This document shows positions 24,507 to 32,000 of a stretch of DNA of 32,000 nucleotides, one piece after another; position 1 is the first letter of the stretch, and each line of letters opens with the position of its first letter. The stretch lies in the NCBI GenBank assembly GCA_943789275.1, contig CALSTM010000003.1, positions 240,001 through 272,000 of the forward strand. The letters are read 5' to 3'. The notes beneath the pieces were generated by a model that searched no databases, was not told the origin of the DNA, and saw only the letters and a list, made by a program, of their open reading frames with translations. Source of the DNA: Candidatus Poseidoniaceae archaeon. Its GTDB lineage: Archaea; Thermoplasmatota; Poseidoniia; Poseidoniales; Poseidoniaceae. Position numbers and translations under genes: made by a program.

Positions 24507-25745
24507 ATGCGAATCAAGGCACCATTTTTGGCTGTTCTGCTCTGCATACTACTTTTCCCACAGGCAGCAACCGAGGACGCCGATGGTTACGATTTGGTTG
24601 TTTCAACGCCGTTGCCCGAGCAACGTTCCGCAGAGACGGTACTTTACGAGCACTTCCTGTCAAAAGAAGGACCTTATGAAGTCCAGAGTACGGATGAGGT
24701 GATTCAACTTTCGTGGTGGAAATGGAGCGAAGAAACAAACTCCAATTGGCCTGATGACGACGCCCAAGCGCGCCTTGGTAGTCTCGGTTTGAGCGATCAT
24801 ACGACCATGGTTTTCAATGAGCAAAAGGTCGAGAATGCTTCGTTTGACGATGGCGTTGCTGTTGGGCGGGAAAATGCACGCCAGCACACCATACTCACGT
24901 TGGAAGGCAGCATTGATATTGTGAGTGATGATTTGGGACAATGGTCACTGCGAATACCTGTTCAAATGACTCCCCTGGTTAACTTGAGCGATAACACATT
25001 GCTGTATATTTTCCTCTCCGAGGATACGGCGGTAGACCATCATGGAAGGACTACACAACACTTGGTTCGAGACATGAAGCCGGAGTTTGGTTTCTCAAAC
25101 CAGCAAGGCAACACTACGGATACTGCTTGGTTGATTTCTGCTGAACACCTGTTGGCTGCAGGCATAGATTTGGAGCAGAATCCTTACGGCTGGCACATAA
25201 CTTTGGCCTTTTTTGGAGAAACGGATGAAGACCCAGCGAAGCGCCTCTTGGCCTTGTACCATGCTCCACTGCCGAACCGGTGGCACGCCAGTACTCCCGG
25301 TAATTTTGCCCTGCCAGTTTTCCTTCTCATCTTCGCCAGCGCTATCGCTGCAGGTGCCGTTTCCAACACCATGAAACGGGAAAAAGGCATGCCGAGGTTA
25401 AATGCTGAATGGAAAACCATTCAACCCCCAGTTGCGCGTTTTACATTCATGGCGGGTAACCTTCCAGTTCAACTGAAATCGTGCGTTACTCAGGCACCAT
25501 GGGGCATGAAGGGGGGTTTCAAGACGAAGCAGATTTCACCAAATACGGAACATGAATTTGTCGTACGTTTCAAAGAAGTTCATGCTACGGACTGCCAGGT
25601 TTCCTTCGGTCTTGAAGTCGAAGAACTTGGTACTTGGACCCAATATCTCCGCCTAACATCTCCGCAACACCTTCATGACTCCAGCGAGGGAAGCGTTGAA
25701 ATCACCGAACTTGAAGCACAGGAGAGGGACCATCATGACGCTTGA
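24507..25745 (+). CDS. Hypothetical type-I membrane protein (signal peptide, ~270-aa outer domain, one TM, ~100-aa inner domain)
   Basis: ORF 24447..25745; the ATG at 24507 gives MRIKAPFLAVLLCILLFPQAATE. TM is FALPVFLLIFASAIAAGAV. No family recognised. Confidence 0.55.
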   Translation: MRIKAPFLAVLLCILLFPQAATEDADGYDLVVSTPLPEQRSAETVLYEHFLSKEGPYEVQSTDEVIQLSWWKWSEETNSNWPDDDAQARLGSLGLSDHTTMVFNEQKVENASFDDGVAVGRENARQHTILTLEGSIDIVSDDLGQWSLRIPVQMTPLVNLSDNTLLYIFLSEDTAVDHHGRTTQHLVRDMKPEFGFSNQQGNTTDTAWLISAEHLLAAGIDLEQNPYGWHITLAFFGETDEDPAKRLLALYHAPLPNRWHASTPGNFALPVFLLIFASAIAAGAVSNTMKREKGMPRLNAEWKTIQPPVARFTFMAGNLPVQLKSCVTQAPWGMKGGFKTKQISPNTEHEFVVRFKEVHATDCQVSFGLEVEELGTWTQYLRLTSPQHLHDSSEGSVEITELEAQERDHHDA

Positions 25746-26199
25746 TGAAACGGACCGAGCTTTATTGTCCGCCATGCTTGAAGACGCTCGGATAAGTCAG
25801 CGAGCACTGGCTCGTAAGGTCGGTATCGCCCAAGGAACAGTTCTCAACCGAATTCGTCGCATGGAAGAGCTTGGCATCATCAAAGGGTACAGTGTTCTTC
25901 TCGACCCTGCATCCATGGGCTGGAGCATGACCATTATGGCTGGTTTGCGTATTGTCAAAGGCCGCATGATCGATGTCCAACGGAAAATTGCAGCAGACCC
26001 AAGGGTGTTCGCTGTTTACGATGTGACCGGTGATTGGGATTCGATGGTGCTGGCTCGAGTTAAGGACCGTGAAGACCTCGATGACTTGACAAAGACCGTA
26101 TTCACCCTCGATGGAGTTTCCAGGTCCTACACCCACGTCGTTCTCAACACCGTCAAAGAAGATGGAATGCCTAAACCACCTTCGCCCTCAAACGATTAA
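25735..26199 (+). CDS. Lrp/AsnC-family transcriptional regulator
   Basis: The ATG at 25735 overlaps the upstream gene by 11 nt. LDETDRALLSAMLEDARISQRALARKVGIAQGTVLNRIRRMEELGIIKGY is the HTH, followed by the AsnC ligand/oligomerisation fold ...VFAVYDVTGDWDSMVLARVKDREDL. Confidence 0.9.
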   Translation: MTLDETDRALLSAMLEDARISQRALARKVGIAQGTVLNRIRRMEELGIIKGYSVLLDPASMGWSMTIMAGLRIVKGRMIDVQRKIAADPRVFAVYDVTGDWDSMVLARVKDREDLDDLTKTVFTLDGVSRSYTHVVLNTVKEDGMPKPPSPSND

Positions 26200-26678
26200 C
26201 GCTCGATGGAATCTTCCATCTCGACAAAAGGCATGAGGTCAACAGCGAGGCTTTTGAGCGACTCGACGACTCTCGTTTCTGGTTTGAGCGCTTTTGATAA
26301 CTGATTTCGCAGTGCGTCACAAACTTTGACATCCATGGATTCGAGACGTTCAGTGAGGGACTTTTGCAATCGCCCACCTGTTCGATCCCAATCCATGAGC
26401 AAACACATTGACGGTCCACCTTGTGCATCTCGAGTACCGTATGACTCGTATAGGTAGGCGATGAATCGGTCAAGACCCCAACCCCGATTCAAAACTTCAA
26501 TCGGTCCGGTAAATCCCAACGCTTCCATAGCATGTCGGTCTCTTTTCCCTTCAATGATGATGGGCCAATCCATTTCTCGATTCTTTGCACGGGCCTCCCC
26601 AAGAGCAAGACCGGCGATTTCAAACCGTTCAGCCGCATTTCCACTGCCAAGCGGGGAACGGTGTTTTTGGTCCCTCAC
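26196..26678 (-). CDS. Toprim-domain protein (archaeal UPF0292 / RNase M5-like)
   Basis: WPIIIEGKRDRHAMEALGF (Toprim Glu) and CLLMDWDRTGGRL (DxD) are present. The GTG at 26676-26678 overlaps the upstream stop at 26675-26677. Alternatives are the longest ORF start at 26717 and the ATG at 26573. Confidence 0.65.
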   Translation of the reverse strand: MRDQKHRSPLGSGNAAERFEIAGLALGEARAKNREMDWPIIIEGKRDRHAMEALGFTGPIEVLNRGWGLDRFIAYLYESYGTRDAQGGPSMCLLMDWDRTGGRLQKSLTERLESMDVKVCDALRNQLSKALKPETRVVESLKSLAVDLMPFVEMEDSIER

Positions 26679-27010
26679 TCTTCTTCCCCCAAACTGGCTC
26701 GAAAACGCTCTGCACAATCAGAAGCCTGCATTGAATCGATGCGAATCTTTTTGATTCGTGATCCTGAACCACTGATTATTTTGAGTCTGTGTTTAGGAAC
26801 ATTGAGTGCTGTTGACAGGACATGAAGTACTGCGTTGTTGGCCTTGCCTTTCTGTGCTTGGGCGCGCACCGCAACGCTCACGCAACCTCTCCATTCATTC
26901 ACGCCAAGTATGCCTTGCCGCTTGGCACCGGGTTGTACTTCAACATCAACCGTTACAGCACCATCCAATGTCGATTGGAGGTAGTGTGAGGCGCTCATCA
27001 ATTCACTCAT
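26675..27010 (-). CDS. DUF167 (YggU/UPF0235) family protein
   Basis: The ATG at 27010 gives MSELMSASHYL... VTVDVEVQPGAKRQGILGVNEWRGCVSVAVRAQAQKGKANNAVLHVLSTALNVPKHRLKIISGSGSRIKKIRI follows the DUF167 pattern (V.pgAk...i.g.....l.v.v.A.p..GkAN.al...l...l......i.i.sG..sr.K.i.i). Confidence 0.75.
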   Translation of the reverse strand: MSELMSASHYLQSTLDGAVTVDVEVQPGAKRQGILGVNEWRGCVSVAVRAQAQKGKANNAVLHVLSTALNVPKHRLKIISGSGSRIKKIRIDSMQASDCAERFRASLGEEE

Positions 27011-27216
27011 GGTGTGGCCGTATTTCAACTTGCAACTCGCGGCGCACTCCCGCTTGGAAAACAACGGTTAATAAGGGCGGAAATTAAACTGGAAATGTAG
27101 CAAAGAAAACGCTCTACTGTGAGCATGCCGTAAGGGTGCCCAACAGAACGCTTACCTTGCCGTATTCTCCAAGGGTTTAAGGCAGGTATCTCCGGCCCTA
27201 AGTTTGAGGGTTCCCT

Positions 27217-28179
27217 ATGCCTGCAGAAGACACTGTTTTCAACGTCCTGTATGACAAATACATGTTTTGGAGTATCCTAGTCGGTATTTTCACCTTTGGG
27301 TGGATGTTTATCGCTATGCTGCGCTACCGCGACGGTGTCGAGCCAGTAGAGAATATGGAGAAATACCATATCGAAGTCGGCTCGTTCCCTGTCGACAGCC
27401 ACAATACGAAACTCGAAGTGATGTTCTATGTCTTGCCGACCATTCTCGTCGTTTGGTTGACCATGATGGCTTTGGCTTCAAACACAGCCGTTTGGACAAT
27501 CCCTTCCGATGAAGACACATTCAACGTCGACATTGTCGGCAAGCAGTGGTTTTGGGAGTTCCATTACCAAGAAGACCTCACATGGGAAGATGAATCCTCT
27601 CAAATCGATGTGAACTGGACAGGTAGTATGCTCATGGTCCATACACACGGCAGTGAAGCAACGAACGTTACCGTTGAAATCGATGGCGTCGAAACCGATT
27701 ATTCAATCGATCTGGCTGCAGAGATGCTTACCCTTTCAAACACCTATTTCGACCGTGAACTGCACAGCGTCATTACCGTCTACGATGCTGAAGACAATCT
27801 GCTCCACACCTGGGAACACTTGCCTGCTGGCACCATTCTTTCTTCTGCTGGTGGACAGCATTTGATTATTCCATGCGATGAAAGCATCACTCTCGATTTG
27901 TTTTCACGCCCACACGATGATTCAAATCCCGCCTATGTTGGCGTTCAACACGCGTTCTGGCTACCAGAATGGGGTGTTAAAGAAGATCTCGTGCCTGGTC
28001 TTGAGGCTGGAACAGTCATGACCTTCACCCCGAACGATGCGGGAACATTCCCTATCCGATGCGCTGAATACTGCGGCCTTGACCACTCCAAGATGATTGG
28101 CAACATCGATATCGTTGCTCGTGATGGTACAGATTGTGAATTCGATAGTTGGACCAACAGACAAGGAGATGGATACTGA
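27217..28179 (+). CDS. coxB: Heme-copper oxidase subunit II (CuA cupredoxin subunit), no cytochrome c domain
   Basis: Two N-terminal TM helices, then GKQWFWEFHY, VQHAFWLPEWGVKEDLVPG and the CuA site CAEYCGLDHSKM (28060..28095). The ORF ends 27 aa after the CuA Met. GAGGG lies 6 nt before the ATG. Confidence 0.9.
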   Translation: MPAEDTVFNVLYDKYMFWSILVGIFTFGWMFIAMLRYRDGVEPVENMEKYHIEVGSFPVDSHNTKLEVMFYVLPTILVVWLTMMALASNTAVWTIPSDEDTFNVDIVGKQWFWEFHYQEDLTWEDESSQIDVNWTGSMLMVHTHGSEATNVTVEIDGVETDYSIDLAAEMLTLSNTYFDRELHSVITVYDAEDNLLHTWEHLPAGTILSSAGGQHLIIPCDESITLDLFSRPHDDSNPAYVGVQHAFWLPEWGVKEDLVPGLEAGTVMTFTPNDAGTFPIRCAEYCGLDHSKMIGNIDIVARDGTDCEFDSWTNRQGDGY

Positions 28180-30500
28180 TGTTGAAGCGATTCTCAATAC
28201 TCGCCCTCATTCTCATGATGCTTGTTGCTGCTCCGCAATTTGAAGCAATGCCAACCGGAATCGGTAGCTCTGCTGATGGAGGCTGCAGTTGCCACGGAGG
28301 CGCAGCAGCAGATACGCAAGTCATCGTAACCGGTTTGCCAGATTCATTCAACGCCAGTGAAACATACGCTTTCACGGTCACGGTTCAAAACGATGTGATG
28401 GAATTGTACAACGACGGTGTCACCGAAGCCGATGGAACCGGTTGGAACGGCCATGCAGGCGGCTTCCGCATACTTTCGACCGGTGGAATGGTTTCTACGG
28501 TTGATGAAACACTCAGTCATGAAATGGACGGTGGATTAACGCACACCGCTGCCGGAAACGCCGTTCGAACATGGGATTTCGAATGGGTCGCACCTGCTGA
28601 CGATGCGAAAGTCGTCGAATTCACGATCTACGGTAACGCTGTGAACGGCGGTGCTGGCTCTGGTGGCGACTATTGGAACCAAGCAGACCTTGTGATTCCA
28701 GGTATCAACGCTGATGACGTTGGACCAACTGCTCGTGCACTGGTCGTTCTCTTGACGGCCATCGGTCTTTCGCTTGGCCTTATTCTTCTTGGCGTCATGT
28801 GGGTGTTTTACACCCGCTCCCCGGACACGTTCACCATTGCGAACTTCTGGTCTTATCTCAAACCATGGTTGACCACAACCGACCACAAAGAAGTCGGAAT
28901 TCTCTACTTCCTGTATGGATTTACATTCTTCTTAGTTGGAGGTGTGCTTGCGCTCCTGTTCCGCATACAACTCTCTTTGCCCGAAAACATGTTCTTGACC
29001 GAGTCCGAATACAACTCGTTTTTCACTCTGCACGGCACGACCATGATTTTCTTGGCTGCTATGCCAATGATTGCTGGTTTCATGAACTACGTCCTCCCAC
29101 TGCAAATTGGTGCGAAGGACCTTGCATTCCCGCGTATTAACGCCATGGGTCTTTGGCTCTTGGTTTTCTCAAGCCCGTTAATCTACACCGGTATTTGGTC
29201 CGGCGAAGGTGCTGACATTTCTTGGGTTATGTACCCGCCCTATTCATCTTTGACTGAATCGAATCTTGGCCCTGAGATGGCTCAGTACGGTTCGAACCTC
29301 GGGACTACGGCATTCATATCTGGTATCTTGATGCTTGGTGCATCCTCAACGCTTGGTGGTGTGAACTTCATCACCACCGTGTTTACGATGCGCGCACCTG
29401 GTGTCGGATGGATGAAGATGCCGTTGTTCTCTTGGTCCGTATTTGTGAGCGTCTTTATGCTCTACATGTCCCTTCCAGCCTTCATCATCGGCGTGGCATT
29501 CCTCTTGTTCGACCATACAGTAGGGACCGTATTCTTTACCTCCGGTGGAGACAGTTTACTGTTCCAGCATCTGTTTTGGTTCTTTGGCCATCCTGAAGTG
29601 TACGTGGTTATTGTGCCAGCATTCGGAATCGTCTCCGAAGTTCTTGCTACCAGCGCACGCCGCTCTATCTTCGGATACAAGTCAATGGTTATCGCTATGG
29701 CAGGAATTGGCGTTGTTGGTTTCATTGTCTGGGGCCATCACATGCTCACATCTGGAATGGATCCGTTCTGGAGAGCAGCATTCATGATTACAACCATGGC
29801 CGTTGCAATACCGACAGGTGCGAAAATCTTCAACTGGCTTGCTACTATTTGGGGTGGCAGCATGGTTATGCGAACGCACACGCTTTGGTCACTCGGTTTC
29901 CTCGTCACCTTCACCCTCGGCGGTATTTCTGGAATGTTCTTCCCTGTCGCAGGTATGGACATGCACTTCCACGATTCGTACTTCGTTGTCGCTCACTTCC
30001 ACTACGTGTTCATTGGCGGTACGGTCTTTGCACTGTTCTCCGGTGTTTACTACTGGTTCCCCAAGGCAACAGGAAAGAAACTTGATGAGACCCTCGGTCT
30101 TTGGCACTTCCTGATTGGCTTCTCTGCCTACAACGCAACCTTCTGGCCAATGCACGCTCTTGGAATCATGGGCATGCCTCGCCGAACGCACAGCTATACT
30201 GTTGAGAGCGGCTTTGCGGAATACAACATGGCCGTCAGCATCTTTTCATTCATTTTCGGCCTCAGCCAAATCTTGCTGGTTTGGAACATTATCAAATCCA
30301 ACAGAAGCGGTGAGCCTGCAGGAAACGATCCATGGGGTGGCTGGTCGCTCGAATGGGCAACGACCTCACCACCACCAACGCCTTCCTTCCACGAGATACC
30401 TACTCAAGGAGACATGAACGAATTATACGGCCACCATTCGACCAAGCCGTCGATTGGCGAGAAAATGTGGAAAGCAACTCCAAAGGGGGCTGAAGAATGA
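28179..30500 (+). CDS. coxA: Heme-copper oxidase subunit I (A-type) fused to an N-terminal secreted ~185-aa domain plus one extra TM helix
   Basis: The ATG at 28179 shares one base with the coxB TGA (28177-28179). The core starts near WLTTTDHKEVGILYF. HLFWFFGHPEVYVVIVPAFG (CuB His, channel Glu, cross-link Tyr), WGHHMLTSG (CuB His-His) and VAHFHYVFIGG (heme His) are present. The N-terminal part is MLKRFSILALILMMLVAAPQFEA (signal-like) ... GGCSCHGG ... YGNAVNGGAGSGGDYWNQ, then the TM ALVVLLTAIGLSLGLILLGVMWVF. Confidence 0.9.
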   Translation: MLKRFSILALILMMLVAAPQFEAMPTGIGSSADGGCSCHGGAAADTQVIVTGLPDSFNASETYAFTVTVQNDVMELYNDGVTEADGTGWNGHAGGFRILSTGGMVSTVDETLSHEMDGGLTHTAAGNAVRTWDFEWVAPADDAKVVEFTIYGNAVNGGAGSGGDYWNQADLVIPGINADDVGPTARALVVLLTAIGLSLGLILLGVMWVFYTRSPDTFTIANFWSYLKPWLTTTDHKEVGILYFLYGFTFFLVGGVLALLFRIQLSLPENMFLTESEYNSFFTLHGTTMIFLAAMPMIAGFMNYVLPLQIGAKDLAFPRINAMGLWLLVFSSPLIYTGIWSGEGADISWVMYPPYSSLTESNLGPEMAQYGSNLGTTAFISGILMLGASSTLGGVNFITTVFTMRAPGVGWMKMPLFSWSVFVSVFMLYMSLPAFIIGVAFLLFDHTVGTVFFTSGGDSLLFQHLFWFFGHPEVYVVIVPAFGIVSEVLATSARRSIFGYKSMVIAMAGIGVVGFIVWGHHMLTSGMDPFWRAAFMITTMAVAIPTGAKIFNWLATIWGGSMVMRTHTLWSLGFLVTFTLGGISGMFFPVAGMDMHFHDSYFVVAHFHYVFIGGTVFALFSGVYYWFPKATGKKLDETLGLWHFLIGFSAYNATFWPMHALGIMGMPRRTHSYTVESGFAEYNMAVSIFSFIFGLSQILLVWNIIKSNRSGEPAGNDPWGGWSLEWATTSPPPTPSFHEIPTQGDMNELYGHHSTKPSIGEKMWKATPKGAEE

Positions 30501-31792
30501 GCGGAAACGGTTCTCACGTTGAAAACGGAATTTGGATGCGCGCAGTCATGATGGGTGGAATCATCCTCACCATTGGTGTGCTGTTGTTTGCAACACTGGG
30601 CATCGCCTTGGCGGACGGAAAACACGACACATGGAAACAGTTGGAAGACGACTATCACCATGAAGAAGAAGTCCTCGCAGCCCAAGGCAACATTACCGCG
30701 GAGCAAGCTAAGCATCTTGACCACATGCACCATGAAGAAATTGATGCACACCTTTCCTACCTTACCTACCGAGTAGCAGGAATTACCATCTTACTGATGT
30801 CGATTACTTATGCGGCCTTCATTGGTGTCGGTGGTTTCCTTAACGCCAGTAAACCGCAAGCAGACCATGGTGACGGACACGATGAACATGAGCATCATGG
30901 CTCGTCTTCACCAATCGTTTTCGCCTTTGGTATCATGCTGTTCTTGATTGGTTTCCCTGACTTTGTTGTTGCCTGTAAGGCAATGTTGAGTTCGGACGTC
31001 ACCGTTGACCTCAGTATGCTGGCAGTCAGCATGGTTGGGCTGATCACGATTGTTATTGCCGTATCCAATTGGTGGTTTGAAGATTTACCGTTCGTCGGAC
31101 ACGGTGAGCAAATTGCGACCTCATACCCATTCGAAGGCGAACACATCCGTAAAGCAGGATTGTGGGTCTTCATCATGTCTGAAATTATGGTTTTCGCAAC
31201 CTTCTTCTCATCGTATCTCCGTATGCGTACTGAGTGGTGTACCGACTGGGCTATCAAAGACGGCGTAGAAGCCTGTGAAGGTGTCGAACTGGGTACAGTC
31301 GTCACAGCATCGGATTTACTTCGATACGATGTGGCAACTTTGATGCCTGGTGCAATCAATACGTTCGCACTGATTATCTCCTCCTACACCATCGTCTTGG
31401 CTCTCAAGACGGCGAAGAATGCGAACTGGGAACCTTCCGCTGGATTCATGGGCAAACTCATGCCAACTCGAAAAGCAGCAGTCCGAAATTACTTGATTGC
31501 TACTCTTCTGCTTGGTTCTCTGTTTATCGTTCTCAAACTCGTAGAATGGAGCCATTTGGTCGCAGAAGGCTTCGATATCGGAACCGTTCAAGGTTCAATT
31601 TTCTACATCGCAACAGGTGCGCACGGACTGCACGTCTTCATTGGCTTGCTTGTCATGTTGTACTTGGTGTTCAAGGCCGACACCGTTGGCTTTGACGAGG
31701 ACAATGCACAGGGAATCGAATACTTCGGTCTCTACTGGCACTTTGTCGACTTGGCTTGGGTTGTCATCTTCCCAGCATTCTATCTGTATTGA
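30497..31792 (+). CDS. coxC: Heme-copper oxidase subunit III fused to a ~200-aa N-terminal 4-TM extension with His-rich loops
   Basis: ATGA overlap with coxA (atg 30497-30499, tga 30498-30500). The C-terminal half (GLWVFIMSEIMVFATFFSSYL ... FYIATGAHGLHVFIGLLVM ... EYFGLYWHFVDLAWVVIFPAFYLY) is canonical subunit III. The N-terminal half has hydrophobic helices separated by HDTWKQLEDDYHHEEE...HLDHMHHEEIDAH and DHGDGHDEHEHHG. Confidence 0.85.
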   Translation: MSGNGSHVENGIWMRAVMMGGIILTIGVLLFATLGIALADGKHDTWKQLEDDYHHEEEVLAAQGNITAEQAKHLDHMHHEEIDAHLSYLTYRVAGITILLMSITYAAFIGVGGFLNASKPQADHGDGHDEHEHHGSSSPIVFAFGIMLFLIGFPDFVVACKAMLSSDVTVDLSMLAVSMVGLITIVIAVSNWWFEDLPFVGHGEQIATSYPFEGEHIRKAGLWVFIMSEIMVFATFFSSYLRMRTEWCTDWAIKDGVEACEGVELGTVVTASDLLRYDVATLMPGAINTFALIISSYTIVLALKTAKNANWEPSAGFMGKLMPTRKAAVRNYLIATLLLGSLFIVLKLVEWSHLVAEGFDIGTVQGSIFYIATGAHGLHVFIGLLVMLYLVFKADTVGFDEDNAQGIEYFGLYWHFVDLAWVVIFPAFYLY

Positions 31793-31797
31793 GGTGA
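31791..31797 (+). promoter_or_regulatory. Shine-Dalgarno sequence GAGGTGA for the last cox gene
   Basis: Lies 4 nt upstream of the ATG at 31802 and overlaps the coxC stop codon. Confidence 0.5.
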
Positions 31798-31801
31798 AAT
31801 A

Positions 31802-32000
31802 ATGGGCGAACATGTTGAATTTATGGGCAAAGATATCTACTTTTGGAACTTCATCGTTTTGATGTTTTTCACCTTGTTTGAAGTTGGTGCGGTTTTCTTT
31901 GAAGTTATACCAGGTACGGACATCGAAATCACCAAATCCGCAGTATGGGCGATTCTTATTATTGTTGGAATCATCAAGGGCTACGGAATTGCAGCGTACT
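31802..32000 (+). CDS. Small hydrophobic protein, probable prokaryotic-type cytochrome oxidase subunit IV (3' end beyond the right edge)
   Basis: Absent from the track because there is no stop in the window. Hand translation gives MGEHVEFMGKDIYFWNFIVLMFFTLFEVGAVFFEVIPGTDIEITKSAVWAILIIVGIIKGYGIAAY... Two TM helices, positioned directly after coxC with a strong SD. Confidence 0.5.
   Translation, partial: MGEHVEFMGKDIYFWNFIVLMFFTLFEVGAVFFEVIPGTDIEITKSAVWAILIIVGIIKGYGIAAY

Noticed and set aside
28284-28295. CSCH in the subunit I extra domain as a c-type heme attachment site
   Set aside because: Canonical covalent heme binding needs CXXCH (or the known longer-spacer and CXXCK variants). CXCH has only one intervening residue and is not a known heme c motif, so I treat it only as a possible metal or disulfide site.
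1-32000. CRISPR arrays, IS elements, rRNA or tRNA genes
   Set aside because: I saw no regularly spaced direct repeats, no transposase-like ORFs, no terminal inverted repeats and no non-coding stretch longer than ~210 bp. The few intergenic regions show no cloverleaf or rRNA-like sequence.

Overview
This window is gene-dense. I call 31 protein-coding genes, and many are joined by ATGA, GTGA or TGATG overlaps or by shared stop codons. I found no rRNA, tRNA, CRISPR array or transposon. All family calls come from reading motifs by eye, since no search could be run.

The gene content looks archaeal. It includes an archaeal-type phosphopantothenate synthetase, a THEP1 NTPase, a UPF0292-like Toprim protein and an Lrp/AsnC regulator. 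Combined with an aerobic oxidase and large surface proteins, this fits a marine planktonic euryarchaeote (Marine Group II / Poseidoniales-like). That placement is inference only.

Gene order, left to right:
- An Xer-type tyrosine recombinase cut by the left edge. It is absent from the ORF track, which only lists ORFs closed by a stop inside the window.
- A RimK ATP-grasp ligase fused to an RCK_C domain.
- A surface-protein cluster: a Pro-rich membrane protein, a SAP-domain membrane protein, and a 1141-aa furin/kexin-type S8 protease with a P-domain, TSP3 repeats and Cys-rich repeat modules.
- A CoA-binding protein, NadC, phosphopantothenate synthetase and an isopropylmalate/isocitrate dehydrogenase-family enzyme.
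- Three uncharacterised proteins followed by a small glycan cassette (NTP-transferase, a short UDP-glucose-dehydrogenase-like protein, GtrA).
- A DUF2237 protein and two tandem TerB proteins.
- An orphan gamma-class N6-adenine methyltransferase, a THEP1 NTPase, a small membrane protein and a polytopic membrane protein.
- A NOL1/NOP2/Sun m5C RNA methyltransferase, a membrane protein and Lrp/AsnC, packed as an apparent operon.
- A translationally coupled DUF167 plus Toprim pair.
- A coxB-coxA-coxC-coxD heme-copper oxidase operon, whose last gene is cut by the right edge and is also missing from the track.

The most unusual signal is the oxidase. Subunit I carries an N-terminal secreted Reeler-like domain with a Cys-x-Cys-His motif. 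Subunit III carries a 4-TM extension with His-rich loops. Subunit II has an enlarged cupredoxin domain and no cytochrome c domain.

The second candidate is the TerB-TerB / orphan methyltransferase / NTPase neighbourhood.
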